Origin: Chloroflexota bacterium
GTDB lineage: Bacteria; Chloroflexota; UBA11872; UBA12225
Assembly: GCA_030447525.1 (NCBI GenBank)
Contig: JAUJOR010000003.1
Coordinates: forward strand, 62,194 to 126,193
Length of the DNA stretch: 64,000 nucleotides
Direction: 5' to 3'
In this document: positions 28,905-38,122 of the stretch, piece by piece
How the letters are laid out: each line of letters starts with the position of its first letter
Numbering within the stretch: the stretch's first letter is position 1
Notes under the pieces: model-generated
Told to the model about the DNA's origin: nothing
Database searches by the model: none
The model's input: only the letters and a program-made list of their open reading frames with translations
Program-made: the position numbers and the translations under genes

Positions 28905-31590
28905 GCCGGTTGCGCCCGACCCATCGACAGGGGAGGCGCCGCGCGCCGCACGCGAGCCGGTGCGCCTGACCATCCCCGAGCTGTCGCTCGTCGTCCTTAT
29001 CGGCGCCTCCAGCTCCGGCAAGTCCACCTTCGCGCGCCGGCACTTCCTGCCCACCGAGGTGCTCTCGTCGGACGCCTGCCGCGCGCTGGTCAGCGACGAC
29101 GAGAACAGCCTGGACGCCACCGGCGACGCCTTCGAGGTGCTGCACGCCATCGCCGCCAAGCGCCTGGCGCGGGGGCGCCTGACGGTGGTGGACGCCACCA
29201 ACGTGCAGCCCGAGGCGCGGCGACCGCTGGTGGCGCTGGCCCGCGCCCACTACGTGCAGCCGGTGGCGATCGTCTTCGACCTGCCCGAGAAGCTGTGCCA
29301 GGAGCGAAGCCGGCAGCGACCCGATCGGGACTTCGGTGCGCACGTGATCCGGCGCCAGGCGATGGCCCTACGCCGCTCGCTCCGCGGCCTGGCCGGCGAA
29401 GGCTTCCGGCAGGTGCACGTCCTGCACTCACCGGACGAGGCGGGGACCGCGGTTGTGGAACGGCAGCGCCTACGCTGCAACCGCACCGATCTCGGCGGCC
29501 CCTTTGACATCATCGGCGACGTCCATGGCTGCTTCGACGAGCTGGTGACGCTCCTCCAGACGCTCGGCTACGGCGTGGCAATGACCGCCGGCGAGAACGC
29601 CCATCCCGGCTTTGACGTGCAGCCGCCGGAAGGGCGCCGCGCCGTCTTCCTCGGGGACCTGGTCGACCGCGGCCCGCGCTCGCCCGACGTGCTGCGGCTG
29701 GTGATGCCTATGGCGGCGGCGGGGACGGCCCTTGTCGTGGTAGGCAACCACGACGACAAGCTGCGCCGCAAGCTGGCCGGACGCGACGTGCAGCTGACGC
29801 ACGGCCTGGCGGAGACGCTGGCGCAGCTCGAGCCCGAGTCCCCCGCCTTTAAGGAGCAGGTCGCCACGTTCATCGACGGCCTGACCAGCCATTACGTACT
29901 CGACGGTGGCAGGCTGGTGGTGGCGCACGCCGGCATGAAGGCGGAGATGCAGGGGCGCGCCACCGGCCGCGTACGGGACTTCGCCTTGTACGGCGAGACC
30001 ACGGGCGAGATCGACGAATTCGGCCTGCCCGTGCGCCTCAATTGGGCCGCCGACTACCGCGACAAGGCCATGGTCGTCTACGGGCACACGCCGGTCCCCG
30101 CGGCGCGGTGGGTCAACAACACGATCGACGTCGACACCGGCTGCGTCTTTGGCGGCCGGCTCACCGCCTTGCGCTACCCCGAGAAGGAGCTCGTCTCCGT
30201 TCCCGCGGCACGGGTCTACTACGCCCCGGCTCGCCCGCTGGTCTCGACCACAACGCCCGCTGGGTCAGGCGCAGACGCCGGGGCGTCAGAGACGCCGGCG
30301 CGCGATCCCCAGCTCCTGGACGCTGGCGACGTGCTGGGCCGTCACGTGGTGGAGACGCGGCTGCACCATTCCGTCACTATCCGCGAGGAGCAGTCGGCGG
30401 CGGCGCTGGAGGTGATGAGCCGCTTCGCCGCCGATCCCCGGTGGCTGATCTACCTCCCGCCCACCATGTCGCCCGGCGAGACCAGCCGGCAGCCGGGACT
30501 GCTGGAGCACCCGGCGGAGGCGCTCGCCTACTACCGCCGCGAGGGCCTGGCACAGGTAGTCTGCGAGGAGAAGCACATGGGCTCGCGCGCCGTGCTGGTC
30601 GTGTGCCGCACGCCGGACGTGGCGCGCAGACGCTTCGGCGTGGAGGTAGACGGTGATGATATCCACGGCGGGACGGCCGCCGGCATCTGCCACACGCGTA
30701 CCGGCCGCCACTTCTTCGAGGATCGAGCGCTTGAGCGTGCCGTCCTGACGCGCGTGGCCGCTGCGGTGGAACGGGCGGGCCTCTGGGGAGAGCTGGAGAC
30801 CGACTGGCTCTGTCTGGATGCCGAGCTGATGCCGTGGTCGGTCAAGGCGCAGGCGCTGCTCCAGGAGCAGTACGCTGCGGTCGGCGCGGCCGCGCGGGCG
30901 GCCCTCCCCACGGCTCTCGACGCGCTTGCCCAGGCAGCCGCCCGCAGCAACGACGGCGCTGATGGTGGCGCCGCCGCCCTCCTGGCGCGGTATCAGACGC
31001 GGCTCGTCGACGCCGAGCGCTTTGTCGCCGCCTACCGGCGCTACTGCTGGCCCGTCCATTCCCTCGCCGACCTCAAGCTGGCACCCTTCCACCTCCTGGC
31101 GAGCGAGGGCGCCGTCCACGTTGGCCGAGACCACGTGTGGCACATGGAGACGCTGGCCCGGCTCGCCGCCGTGGATCCGGAGCTCTTCCTGGCCACGCCG
31201 TACAAGGTAGTGTCACTCGCCGACGACGCGTCCATGCAGGACGCCATCGCCTGGTGGGAGGCCCTCACCCTGCGTGGCGGCGAAGGCATCGTCGTCAAGC
31301 CCCTGGACGTTGTCGCCAGGGGCCGGCGCGGCCTGCTCCAACCGGCCATCAAGTGCCGGGGACGGGAATACCTGCGCATCATCTATGGCCCGGAATACAC
31401 TGAGCCCGAGCAACTGGAGCGTCTGCGCCAGCGCAGTCTTGCCGCCAAGCGATCGCTCGCGCTGCGCGAGTTCGCGCTCGGTATGGAGGGCCTGCACCGC
31501 CTCGTGGAGGGGGCGCCGCTCTACCGCGTCCACGAGTGCGTCTTTGGCGTGCTGGCCCTGGAGAGCGAGCCGGTAGATCCGCGACTTTAG
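28897..31590 (+). CDS. pnkp: polynucleotide kinase-phosphatase Pnkp (kinase, phosphoesterase and ligase-like adenylyltransferase domains)
   Basis: Residues are collinear with the Clostridium thermocellum Pnkp N-terminus (LTIPELSLVVLIGASSSGKSTFARRHF P-loop). Calcineurin-like phosphoesterase motifs GDVHGC, GDLVDRG, GNHD are present. C-terminal nucleotidyltransferase KHMGSR carries the lysine motif. The GTG at 28897 overlaps the hen1 stop by 8 nt. Comparison with the C. thermocellum Pnkp N-terminus suggests the true start may be the GTG at 28960. Confidence 0.85.
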   Translation: MAEPVAPDPSTGEAPRAAREPVRLTIPELSLVVLIGASSSGKSTFARRHFLPTEVLSSDACRALVSDDENSLDATGDAFEVLHAIAAKRLARGRLTVVDATNVQPEARRPLVALARAHYVQPVAIVFDLPEKLCQERSRQRPDRDFGAHVIRRQAMALRRSLRGLAGEGFRQVHVLHSPDEAGTAVVERQRLRCNRTDLGGPFDIIGDVHGCFDELVTLLQTLGYGVAMTAGENAHPGFDVQPPEGRRAVFLGDLVDRGPRSPDVLRLVMPMAAAGTALVVVGNHDDKLRRKLAGRDVQLTHGLAETLAQLEPESPAFKEQVATFIDGLTSHYVLDGGRLVVAHAGMKAEMQGRATGRVRDFALYGETTGEIDEFGLPVRLNWAADYRDKAMVVYGHTPVPAARWVNNTIDVDTGCVFGGRLTALRYPEKELVSVPAARVYYAPARPLVSTTTPAGSGADAGASETPARDPQLLDAGDVLGRHVVETRLHHSVTIREEQSAAALEVMSRFAADPRWLIYLPPTMSPGETSRQPGLLEHPAEALAYYRREGLAQVVCEEKHMGSRAVLVVCRTPDVARRRFGVEVDGDDIHGGTAAGICHTRTGRHFFEDRALERAVLTRVAAAVERAGLWGELETDWLCLDAELMPWSVKAQALLQEQYAAVGAAARAALPTALDALAQAAARSNDGADGGAAALLARYQTRLVDAERFVAAYRRYCWPVHSLADLKLAPFHLLASEGAVHVGRDHVWHMETLARLAAVDPELFLATPYKVVSLADDASMQDAIAWWEALTLRGGEGIVVKPLDVVARGRRGLLQPAIKCRGREYLRIIYGPEYTEPEQLERLRQRSLAAKRSLALREFALGMEGLHRLVEGAPLYRVHECVFGVLALESEPVDPRL

Positions 31591-31619
31591 GGTTGGGGCG
31601 CCGCCACGTCACGAGGCAC

Positions 31620-33413
31620 TCAGACCTGTTCCTCCCGCCGGCCAGCCTCGTACTGGGCCCGCTGCTCCGGATGGTAGGCCGGCACCGGGACGTCCCACCA
31701 GCCCACCTTGTGCGCCCCCGCCTCTGGGAAATCGCGGGCCACCATCACCTCCAGCAGGGCTGGGCCACCGCTGTCCAGGGCCTTGCCGACGGCCGGGGCT
31801 ATCTGGGCGGGGTCCTCGACTCGCCACCCGGGGATGTCGAACTCGCGGGCGATGTTGGCGAAGTGCGGGGAGTACGGCTGGTCGCGGCGAACGAAGTCCA
31901 CGGCCACGCTGCGCCCGAAGTTCGCCAGCTGCCCCCCCTTGATCGAACCCCAGCCGTAGTTGTTGAAGACGACGAAGAGGACGGGGAGGTCACGCATGGC
32001 GGCGACGGCGAGCTCTTGCATCGTCTGCAAGAAATCGCCGTCGCCGGCCACGGCCACCACCTGGCGGTCGGGCTGGGCCAGCTTGGCGCCGATCGCCGCG
32101 GGGACGGTGAAGCCCATGGAAGAGAAGCCACCGCTGGTGAGATGCGTGCGGGGCTCGTAGACGGGGAACTCCTGGCGGATGACCGCCTGGACGATCCCCG
32201 CCCCGGTGACGACGATCGCCCGGCGGTCGAGGGCGGCGCGCAACTCTCGCGTCGCCCTCGACTGCGTCATGGGGACGGTGTCGCTCTCACGGCGCTGGCG
32301 GCACAGGGCCTCCCACTGGCCCTTCAAGGACTGGATGCGCTGGAAGTACGCCCCGGCGCGGTCGTAGCGGGCAGGTCCCACGTCGCGCGCGGCGGTGAGG
32401 AGGTCGGCCAGCCCGGCCTTGGCGTCGGCCACCAGCCCGATCTCTACGGGATAGTTCTTGCCGATCTCGCGCGCCTCGACGTCGAGCTGGATCAAGGCCG
32501 TCGGCGGGATGGCGAAGCTGACTCCCTTGCGGAAGGAGCTGGCCGTCCAGTCGGTGAAACGGCAGCCAACGGCGAGGAGGACGTCGGCGTCGGCGGCCAG
32601 GGCGTTGCCACTCGTGCTGGCGGTGTCGCCGACGCTCCAGCCGTTGAGGTCATGGTCTTCCGGGATGGCCCCCTTGCCCATCCAGGTGGTGACCACCGGC
32701 GCTCCAAGGTACTCCGCCAGGGCCACCAGCTCGGCGGCGGCCTCGGCCAGGATGACCCCCCCACCGGCGACGATCACCGGGCGCTGGGCGGTCATCAGCC
32801 GGCGGGCGGCACGCTGCGTGGCAAAGACGTCCGGGCGGGGACGACCGGACGGCAAGTAGGGGGATGGCCCCTGTACCGCCACGTCCGCCGAGTCGGCCTG
32901 GACGTCCATCGGCAGGTCAAGGTGCACCGGTCCCGGGCGGCCGGTAACCATCTGGCTCCAGGCCCGCTGCAGGACAAACGGGAGCTGCTCGACGCGGGAG
33001 GGTTGCCAGGTCTGCTTCGTGATCGGCTCCGTCACCCGGGGGAAGGACGCCCACTGGACGCGCTCGATCTCCTGGAGCACGGTATGCCCGCGCATGTAGG
33101 TGTGGGGGCTGCCGGTGAGGAGCAGCAGGGCCTGGGAATCGACGTAGGCCGTGGCCACGGCCATAACGGTGTTGGCCGCCCCGGGGCCGATAGAGGTAAA
33201 GGCGGCCATGGGGCGCCCGCAGGCGCGGTAGTAGCCGTCCGCCAGGTGCACGGCCGCCTGCTCGTGCATCACCTGGACAGGTTCCAGCCGATCAGCGTAG
33301 TCCACCAAAGCATCCAGCACCGTCCAGATCCCGTGCCCGGGGATTCCGGCGGCGTACGGCACCCCCGCTTTGACCAGGAACTCGGCGATGATCTGGGCGC
33401 CGCTGAGGTTCAT
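31620..33413 (-). CDS. thiamine-pyrophosphate-dependent enzyme (acetolactate synthase large-subunit-like)
   Basis: 597 aa. TPP-binding GDG(X)nNN motif (AVAGDGDFLQTMQELAVAAMRDLPVLFVVFNNYGWG) and N-terminal pyrimidine-binding domain. Confidence 0.8.
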   Translation of the reverse strand: MNLSGAQIIAEFLVKAGVPYAAGIPGHGIWTVLDALVDYADRLEPVQVMHEQAAVHLADGYYRACGRPMAAFTSIGPGAANTVMAVATAYVDSQALLLLTGSPHTYMRGHTVLQEIERVQWASFPRVTEPITKQTWQPSRVEQLPFVLQRAWSQMVTGRPGPVHLDLPMDVQADSADVAVQGPSPYLPSGRPRPDVFATQRAARRLMTAQRPVIVAGGGVILAEAAAELVALAEYLGAPVVTTWMGKGAIPEDHDLNGWSVGDTASTSGNALAADADVLLAVGCRFTDWTASSFRKGVSFAIPPTALIQLDVEAREIGKNYPVEIGLVADAKAGLADLLTAARDVGPARYDRAGAYFQRIQSLKGQWEALCRQRRESDTVPMTQSRATRELRAALDRRAIVVTGAGIVQAVIRQEFPVYEPRTHLTSGGFSSMGFTVPAAIGAKLAQPDRQVVAVAGDGDFLQTMQELAVAAMRDLPVLFVVFNNYGWGSIKGGQLANFGRSVAVDFVRRDQPYSPHFANIAREFDIPGWRVEDPAQIAPAVGKALDSGGPALLEVMVARDFPEAGAHKVGWWDVPVPAYHPEQRAQYEAGRREEQV

Positions 33414-33495
33414 AGCGCTCCCCCCTTACGCCCCCGTAGGGGCCTCTCCTTGCCTCTTGTCTCGGCCGGGCAGAGGTGGCGAGCCCCTGCGCTCA

Positions 33496-34284
33496 TCATG
33501 ACCTACCTACCGTACCGACCGGAGCCGGAATCTCTCGCCGTCGTCCTGGGGCGGCCAGGCCGCTGGAAGGCAGCAGCGGGCCGAAGCGCTGGGCGAAGAG
33601 GGTGGTCAGCCGCCCGGCGACCTCCTCGATGGCCACCGCCTGCCCCAGGAGCCGGGCCAGGGAGGTCACGCCCAGGCCATGCAGGCCACAGGGGACGATC
33701 CACTCGAACCAGCGCAGATCGGGATCGACGTTGAGGGCGAAGCCGTGGTAGCTGACCCAGCCCCGGGCCACCTTGATGCCGATGGCCGCCAGCTTCTCGT
33801 CCCCTACCCAGACGCCGGGCATCCCCGGCGCCCGCCGCGCCGCGATCCCATAGCTCGCGGCCACCTGGATGACCAGCTCCTCCAGGGCGAACACGTAGGC
33901 GTGGAGGTCGCGGCCCACACGATGAAGGTCGAGGATAGGGTAGCCGGTCAGCTGGCCGGGACCGTGCCAGGTGACGTCTCCCCCGCGATCGATCCAGCAT
34001 ACCTCGGCGCCCAGGGCCCGCAGCTCCGCCTCGCTGCCTAGGAGATGACCGGGATCCGTGCGCCGGCCCATGGTGTACACCGGCCGGTGCTCCACAAATG
34101 CGAGCGCCTCCGACGACTCACCTCGGGCCACGGCGCCGGCCCGCTGGCGCTGCCATTCCCAGATGGCCTGGTAGGGTTGAGCGGGGAGCCACAGGCGCTC
34201 GATGGCTGGACGCGCCGAGCCAGGCTGCAACGCCCCGGCCGTGGAGAGGGGGCCGGCCATGCCGGGCGCCGTCGTGGGGGCCAC
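33496..34284 (-). CDS. lipB: lipoyl(octanoyl) transferase LipB
   Basis: RGGDVTWHGPGQLTGYPIL and KLAAIGIKVARGWVSYHGFALNV are LipB signature segments. Confidence 0.8.
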   Translation of the reverse strand: MAPTTAPGMAGPLSTAGALQPGSARPAIERLWLPAQPYQAIWEWQRQRAGAVARGESSEALAFVEHRPVYTMGRRTDPGHLLGSEAELRALGAEVCWIDRGGDVTWHGPGQLTGYPILDLHRVGRDLHAYVFALEELVIQVAASYGIAARRAPGMPGVWVGDEKLAAIGIKVARGWVSYHGFALNVDPDLRWFEWIVPCGLHGLGVTSLARLLGQAVAIEEVAGRLTTLFAQRFGPLLPSSGLAAPGRRREIPAPVGTVGRS

Positions 34285-34298
34285 CCGGAGAGTCCCGG

Positions 34299-35228
34299 CT
34301 AGCCGGCGGCGCCCACGGGCTGCGCCGCCTGCGCGTGGGCGTGGTAGGAGCTACGCACCAGGGGGCCGGACTCGACGTGGCGAAAGCCCAGCTCCAGCCC
34401 CGCGGCCTTGAGCGTGGCGAACTCCTCGGGGGGCACGAAGCGCTCCACCGGGAGGTGCGTCAGGCTGGGGCGGAGGTACTGCCCTAGAGTCAAGATGTCC
34501 ACGCCGGCGGCGCGCAGGTCGCGCATCGTCTGCACTATCTCGTCCCACTCCTCCCCAACGCCGAGCATCATCCCGCTCTTCGTCCGCAGCGTGGGGTTGT
34601 GCTCCTTGGCCCGGCGCAGCACCCACAGCGAGCGCTCGTACCGTGCCTTGGCCCGTACCTGGCGCTGCAGGCGCTCTACCGTCTCCATGTTGTGATTGAG
34701 GATCTCCGGACCGGCGGCCACGATCTCCCGCAAGCCCTCGTCCGACCCTTGCAGGTCCGGGATGAGCACCTCCACGGTGCAGTCCGGCACCTCCCCCCGG
34801 ATGGCCCTGATGGTGTCGGCGAAGACGCAGGCCCCGCCGTCGGTGAGGTCGTCACGGGCGACGGAGGTCACCACCACGTGGCGCAGCCGGAGGTGCTTGA
34901 CCGCCTCGGCCACACGGCCGGGCTCTTCCAGGTCCAGCTCCGTCGGGCGCCCGGTGGTCACGGCGCAGAAGCGACAGGCCCGCGTGCAGATGCGTCCCAG
35001 GATGAGGAAGGTGGCCGTCCGATTCTCCCAGCACTCGTAGATGTTGGGGCAATGGGCCTCCTCACAGATCGTGTGCAGGCTGAGGTCCTGCGTTAGCCCC
35101 TTCAGGTCGAGGTAGTTGGGCCCCATGGCCGCCCGCACCTTGAGCCAGTTGGGCTTCTTTTCGATGGGGATCTGGCTGGGGCGCCGGTGGAGCCGGACGG
35201 ACTCTACCGGGATTATGGTCTGGGCCAT
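34299..35228 (-). CDS. lipA: lipoyl synthase LipA
   Basis: Cys clusters CPNIYECWEN and CTRACRFC (radical SAM). RPSLTHLPVERFVPPEEF tail. Confidence 0.85.
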   Translation of the reverse strand: MAQTIIPVESVRLHRRPSQIPIEKKPNWLKVRAAMGPNYLDLKGLTQDLSLHTICEEAHCPNIYECWENRTATFLILGRICTRACRFCAVTTGRPTELDLEEPGRVAEAVKHLRLRHVVVTSVARDDLTDGGACVFADTIRAIRGEVPDCTVEVLIPDLQGSDEGLREIVAAGPEILNHNMETVERLQRQVRAKARYERSLWVLRRAKEHNPTLRTKSGMMLGVGEEWDEIVQTMRDLRAAGVDILTLGQYLRPSLTHLPVERFVPPEEFATLKAAGLELGFRHVESGPLVRSSYHAHAQAAQPVGAAG

Positions 35229-35296
35229 CTCTCTGTCTGCATCATAGCAGGCCCCCCCATCTGCCGGTGCCCGGCGGGGCACCAGAGCCTCGATGC

Positions 35297-36652
35297 TCAA
35301 GAGAGGGAATCCTCGGGGGTCATAGCCTCGAGGCGGCCCTTCAGCCCCTGCAGAAAGCGCCCCACCGGCAGCCCATCGCAGACGCGATGATCAAAGCTGA
35401 GGCAGAGGTTGAGGCGGGGGCGCACGGCGATGGCGTCGTCCGGCAAAACGACCACCCGCTTCACGATGGCCTCCATGGTCAAGATGGCCGCCTGGGGCTG
35501 GTTGATGATGGGCATGGAGAGCACGGAGCCCAGGGCGCCGGTATTGTTGAGCGTGAAGGTGCCCTCCCGGACGTCGTCCGGCGTCAGCTGCCCCTTTCTC
35601 GCTCGCGTGACCAGGTCGTCCAGGGCACGGGCCAGCCCGGCGACGCTCCTGGAATCGGCGTCGCGGATGACCGGGACGACGAGGCCGTCCTCCAGAGCGA
35701 TGGCCACGCCGAGGTGGATGCGCTTCTTGAGTATCACCTGCCCATCGCGCCAGGTGCTGTTCAGGATGGGATGCTCCCGTAACGTCTCCACTACCGCCTT
35801 GGCGACGAAGGGGAGATACGTCAGGTCGAAGCCTTCCCGGGCGCGGAACGGGGCGCGCACCGCCTCGCGCCACTTGACCAGGCCATTGACGTCGGCCTCG
35901 ACGTAGGTCCAGGCGTGGGGCGCCGTCGTCACGCTGCGCACCATGTGCTCGGCAATGGCGCGACGCACCGCAGTCAAGGGCAGCGGCTCCTCGTCCGTTC
36001 CCGCGGCGGGCGGCCCTTCCCCCGGCCGGTGAGGCGCTCCGTCGACTTCAGGGGGCCGGCGTGGCTGGAGCGGCCCGCTCGGGGCGGACGCCGCAAGGGG
36101 GGCGCCCGGAGGGTCCGGGGCCACTCCCAGGCGAGTCTGGCCCGGGCGCGCCTGTCCCGGGCGCGTCTGCCCAGAGTGCGCCTGCCCAGAGTGCGCTTGC
36201 CCAGAGTGCGCCTGTGCAGAGCGCGTCTGGATGTGGGCCAGCAGGTCCTCTTTGCGCACCCGCCCGTCGGCGCCGGTGCCCTGGATAGCGCTCACCTCCA
36301 CGCCGTGCTCCCGGGCCAGGCGCCGCACCAGGGGTGAGGATCGGTGGGGCCGCGTCTCCGGGCGCGCCGGGGCCCCGGGCTCGCTCCCCTGGCTTGAGGC
36401 AGGGAGGGAAGCCGGGGAGGTGGGCTCGATGACGGCCATCTCCGCCCCCACTCTGACCGTCTGTCCCTCCGGCACGCTGATGCGCGCCACCACGCCGGCG
36501 GCGGGGGACGGCAGCTCGCTGTTCACCTTGTCCGTGATCACCTCCACCAGGGGCTCGTACGCCTCGACGCGCTCCCCCTCGCGCTTGAGCCAGCGGGTGA
36601 CGGTACCCTCGACGACGCTCTCGCCCAGCCTGGGCATGGTGACGCTGACCAT
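35297..36652 (-). CDS. 2-oxoacid dehydrogenase E2 component (dihydrolipoyl acyltransferase)
   Basis: N-terminal lipoyl domain (MPRLGESVVEGTV...ITDKV). E3-binding domain (SPLVRRLAREHGV). Catalytic domain with DHRVCDG. It overlaps the lipA start. Confidence 0.8.
   Translation of the reverse strand: MVSVTMPRLGESVVEGTVTRWLKREGERVEAYEPLVEVITDKVNSELPSPAAGVVARISVPEGQTVRVGAEMAVIEPTSPASLPASSQGSEPGAPARPETRPHRSSPLVRRLAREHGVEVSAIQGTGADGRVRKEDLLAHIQTRSAQAHSGQAHSGQAHSGQTRPGQARPGQTRLGVAPDPPGAPLAASAPSGPLQPRRPPEVDGAPHRPGEGPPAAGTDEEPLPLTAVRRAIAEHMVRSVTTAPHAWTYVEADVNGLVKWREAVRAPFRAREGFDLTYLPFVAKAVVETLREHPILNSTWRDGQVILKKRIHLGVAIALEDGLVVPVIRDADSRSVAGLARALDDLVTRARKGQLTPDDVREGTFTLNNTGALGSVLSMPIINQPQAAILTMEAIVKRVVVLPDDAIAVRPRLNLCLSFDHRVCDGLPVGRFLQGLKGRLEAMTPEDSLS
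36140..36232. repeat. six tandem, imperfect copies of a 15-bp unit inside the E2 linker, encoding (A/T)(H/R)(S/P)GQ pentapeptides
   Basis: On the + strand GCGCCTGCCCAGAGT-like units repeat ~6 times. In the protein this gives AHSGQAHSGQAHSGQTRPGQARPGQTRLG. Confidence 0.6.
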
Positions 36653-36750
36653 GAGGTAGACAGTGTAGTACGCCCCCAGTGGCCGGGCTAGCGGCCGGCG
36701 GACGCGGCCGTTCCCCGAGCGTTGGGGCGGACGCTACAATCCGGGACGGT

Positions 36751-38055
36751 ATGGCCAGGGGGGTCGCCGCACGGACGGAGCGGTTTACCGAGTCGGTTAT
36801 CCGCGAGATGACGCGACTGATCATGGTGCACCACCCCACGGACGGCATCAACCTGGCCCAGGGCTTTCCAGATTTTGCCGCCCCGCAGGTGCTCAAGGAC
36901 GCCGCCTGCCAGGCCATCCAGGACGACCTCAACCAGTACGCCGTGACCTGGGGCGCGCCGGAGGTACGGCAGGCCATCGCCCGCAAGTACGCCCGCTTCT
37001 ATGACCTTGCCGTCGACCCGGAGCGAGAGGTCACCGTCTGCTGCGGGGCGACGGAGTCGATGCTGGCCACCCTCCTGGCGACGACGAATCCCGGTGACGA
37101 GGTGATCATCCTCACCCCCTACTACGAGAACTACTGGCCGGATAGCGTCCTGGCTGGGGCCACGCCCCGATTCGTCCCCCTGTGTGAGCCACCCCTGACC
37201 TGCGATGAGTGGGCTAGCGGGACGGCAACCGGCCGGCGCCCCCCTGCCCCGGGCCCGGTGACGGAATGCGGTGCCCCGCCGGCCGGTGCGGGGAGTCGAG
37301 GCCCCGAAGGGGGGCCGTCCGGTCAGCCCTGGGCGCTCGACCTGGACGCCCTGGCCGGCGCCTTTAACGAGCGCACGGCGGCGATCATTATCAATACCCC
37401 CAATAACCCCACGGGCAAGGTCTTTTCCCGCGCCGAGATGGGTGCCATTGCCGACCTGTGCCAGCGCTGGGACACCCTGGCGATTACGGACGAGATCTAC
37501 GAGCACATCGTCTACCACGGCGAGCACGTGGTGATGGCCACCCTGCCGGGGATGCGGGAGCGGACGGTGACCATCAGCGGGATCAGCAAGAGCTACAGCG
37601 TCACCGGGTGGCGCGTCGGCTGGGCCATCGCTCCCGAGCGCATCAGCAACGCCATCCGCAAGGTACATGACTTCCTGACGGTGGGGGCGGCCGCACCCCT
37701 GCAGGCGGCGGCGGCCGTCGCCCTCGGTCTCCCGGATGATTATTACCGTCACCTGGTGGCCGACTACACCCACAAGCGACAGCTCTTGCTCCATGGCCTG
37801 GCCCGGGCCGGCTTCAGCTTCGCCCCGCCGGAGGGGGCCTACTACGTCATGGCCGACATCACCCCGTTCGGCTTTGCCGACGACGTCGCCTTTGCCCGGC
37901 ACCTGGTGGAGGCCCTCGGCGTGGCGGTCGTCCCTGGTACGTCTTTCTACCCCCATGGGGCGGGGGGACAGAACCGGGTGCGCTTCAGCTTCCCCAAGAA
38001 GCATGAGACGCTACGCCGGGCGGGGGAGCGGCTGGCCCGCCTGCCCCGGCCGTAA
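36751..38055 (+). CDS. pyridoxal-phosphate-dependent aminotransferase, class I/II (Asp/Met aminotransferase-like)
   Basis: Motifs NLAQGFPDF, INTPNNPTGKVF and the PLP-Lys region SGISKSYSVTGWRVGW. There is a ~45-aa Gly/Pro-rich insertion at 37190-37330. Confidence 0.75.
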   Translation: MARGVAARTERFTESVIREMTRLIMVHHPTDGINLAQGFPDFAAPQVLKDAACQAIQDDLNQYAVTWGAPEVRQAIARKYARFYDLAVDPEREVTVCCGATESMLATLLATTNPGDEVIILTPYYENYWPDSVLAGATPRFVPLCEPPLTCDEWASGTATGRRPPAPGPVTECGAPPAGAGSRGPEGGPSGQPWALDLDALAGAFNERTAAIIINTPNNPTGKVFSRAEMGAIADLCQRWDTLAITDEIYEHIVYHGEHVVMATLPGMRERTVTISGISKSYSVTGWRVGWAIAPERISNAIRKVHDFLTVGAAAPLQAAAAVALGLPDDYYRHLVADYTHKRQLLLHGLARAGFSFAPPEGAYYVMADITPFGFADDVAFARHLVEALGVAVVPGTSFYPHGAGGQNRVRFSFPKKHETLRRAGERLARLPRP

Positions 38056-38122
38056 CCAACCGCCTTCACCGGCCCCCGCGGCCCGAGCCGGAGGGCCGGG
38101 GCGCGCGTCGTATCATTAGATT

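Noticed and set aside
31536-33734. 732-aa plus-strand ORF
   Set aside because: Antisense to the TPP enzyme gene, which carries the canonical TPP-binding motif. Shadow ORF.
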